From positions 1 to 46,981 of the forward strand of contig CAYSZR010000007.1 of NCBI GenBank assembly GCA_964435565.1: 46,981 nt of DNA, read 5' to 3'. This DNA comes from an uncultured Coriobacteriaceae bacterium (GTDB lineage: Bacteria > Actinomycetota > Coriobacteriia > Coriobacteriales > QAMH01). Below are positions 46,302-46,981 of the stretch, piece after piece (positions within the stretch are counted from its first letter, which is position 1; the number at the start of each line of letters is the position of its first letter). A program made the translations under genes and the position numbers. The notes under the pieces are model-generated. The model was given only the letters and a program-made list of their open reading frames with translations, did not search any database and had not been told where the DNA came from.

Positions 46302-46742
46302 CTAGTCTTCCAAGAAGTTGCCGAACGGATCGATGGAGTCCATATAGTCAGTCAGAGCCCCCGCATCCCAAATCTCGATGTGGTCGCCCTCGCCGATAAT
46401 GGTGACATCCTTATCGATTCCGACTTTTTCGCATTGCTTAGGTGAAAGCTTTACACGCCCCGCAGCATCGATAAGCACCGACTCCGCACTTGAGTTGAGA
46501 TACTTGTGCAAAGCGATGTGTTTCTTGCTGCGCGGGTTGTAGCCCCCTTCTTCAGTCTCGAAGAACGAATCCATCCATGCGTCGTACGCTTCATCGGAAA
46601 AAACATACAGAGCCTTGCCGAAGTCTGAATTAGTGACCGGGACAATGGTTACCTCATCCGGCAGAGCCTTGCGGAATTTGGCCGGCATAGAAACGCGACC
46701 CTTGCTATCAACGCTATGTTGATACTCGCCGCGAAAACGCAT
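46302..46742 (-). CDS. mraZ: Transcriptional regulator MraZ
   Basis: Two DxxGR repeats: SVDSKGRVSMPAKFR and IDAAGRVKLSPKQ. Confidence 0.95.
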   Translation of the reverse strand: MRFRGEYQHSVDSKGRVSMPAKFRKALPDEVTIVPVTNSDFGKALYVFSDEAYDAWMDSFFETEEGGYNPRSKKHIALHKYLNSSAESVLIDAAGRVKLSPKQCEKVGIDKDVTIIGEGDHIEIWDAGALTDYMDSIDPFGNFLED

Positions 46743-46775
46743 TGCCCTCTACCCCTTGCCAAGTCTTAAAAATTG

Positions 46776-46822
46776 GCGGTTCCCCTTGCTATGTTTTGAT
46801 TCTGCATTTCTTGGGGAACCGC
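46776..46822 (-). promoter_or_regulatory. 5' leader stem-loop of the mraZ transcript followed by a U-run (possible attenuator or 5' stabiliser)
   Basis: Perfect 10-bp inverted repeat gcggttcccc (46776-46785) / ggggaaccgc (46813-46822) with a 27-nt loop. On the minus strand it is followed by CAAUUUUUAAG. It begins about where the predicted promoter would start transcription. Confidence 0.4.
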
Positions 46823-46829
46823 AAGGAGA

Positions 46830-46858
46830 ATATTATCCCATTTCATCCCATTTCTCAA
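46830..46858 (-). promoter_or_regulatory. Predicted sigma-70-type mraZ/dcw promoter with two tandem MraZ-box-like repeats in the spacer
   Basis: The minus strand reads TTGAGA - 17 nt - TAATAT. The spacer is formed by the exact direct repeat GAAATGGGAT x2 (46835-46854), which places TGGGA motifs 10 bp apart. Confidence 0.55.
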
Positions 46859-46981
46859 TACTTATTTGGGAATTTGTCCCCCATCATGGCTCATATTTAA
46901 ACTCCGCGCATAGTAAATAGACGCTACAAGCACAAGATGTAGTAACTGCAGGGCTCATCATCCATATTTATGGGCATAGAT

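Noticed and set aside
1-46981. Search for CRISPR arrays, IS elements or transposases, integrases, phage genes, tRNA/rRNA, retron- or DGR-like repeats, and toxin-antitoxin pairs.
   Set aside because: I found no regularly spaced direct repeats, no recombinase or transposase-like ORFs, no cloverleaf-like tRNA sequence and no long duplicated segments. The only repeats seen are the short regulatory ones listed above.

Overview
All calls were made by eye from the sequence and the ORF track; no searches were run, so family assignments rest on recognised motifs and start codons or RNA ends may be off by a few nt. The window looks like a chromosomal segment of a moderately GC-rich Gram-positive anaerobe. 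The best fit is Actinomycetota, possibly Coriobacteriia-like: there is no ftsA, and ftsZ is followed by pgeF-yggS-sepF-yggT-divIVA. It has three blocks. (1) 1-10.3 kb holds an acyl-CoA redox locus on the minus strand: etfB-etfA-fixC-fixX, a divergent TetR gene, then a CaiA/YdiO-type acyl-CoA dehydrogenase, an AMP-forming acyl-CoA ligase, a second atypical dehydrogenase-family gene and a YdiF-type CoA-transferase. This is the parts list of E. coli ydiF/ydiO/ydiQRST/fadK and cai/fix. (2) 10.3-25.3 kb is an accessory-looking stretch. It carries a cupin protein, a membrane protein fusing Flg_new (InlB B-repeat) modules to a sortase-like domain, and a Tat-exported coiled-coil NlpC/P60 hydrolase. 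It also carries a phosphorelay set (Hpt, REC-GGDEF*-EAL-PAS regulator, SBP plus hybrid histidine kinase) flanking two tandem paralogous PF06541-like membrane proteins, then an MBL-fold hydrolase, RNase P RNA and a class A beta-lactamase-like lipoprotein. (3) 25.3-47 kb is a complete minus-strand division and cell wall (dcw) cluster running from mraZ to DUF167. The points most worth a second look are: sepF split between two reading frames at a CUU-UUU run; the ETF-coupled acyl-CoA reductase locus, whose second paralog lacks both canonical catalytic glutamates; the signalling island around the uncharacterised membrane-protein pair; the Flg_new-sortase fusion; and a well-defined mraZ promoter with TGGGA boxes in its spacer followed by a 5' leader hairpin with a U-run. 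I found no CRISPR array, IS element, integrase, prophage genes, tRNA or rRNA.
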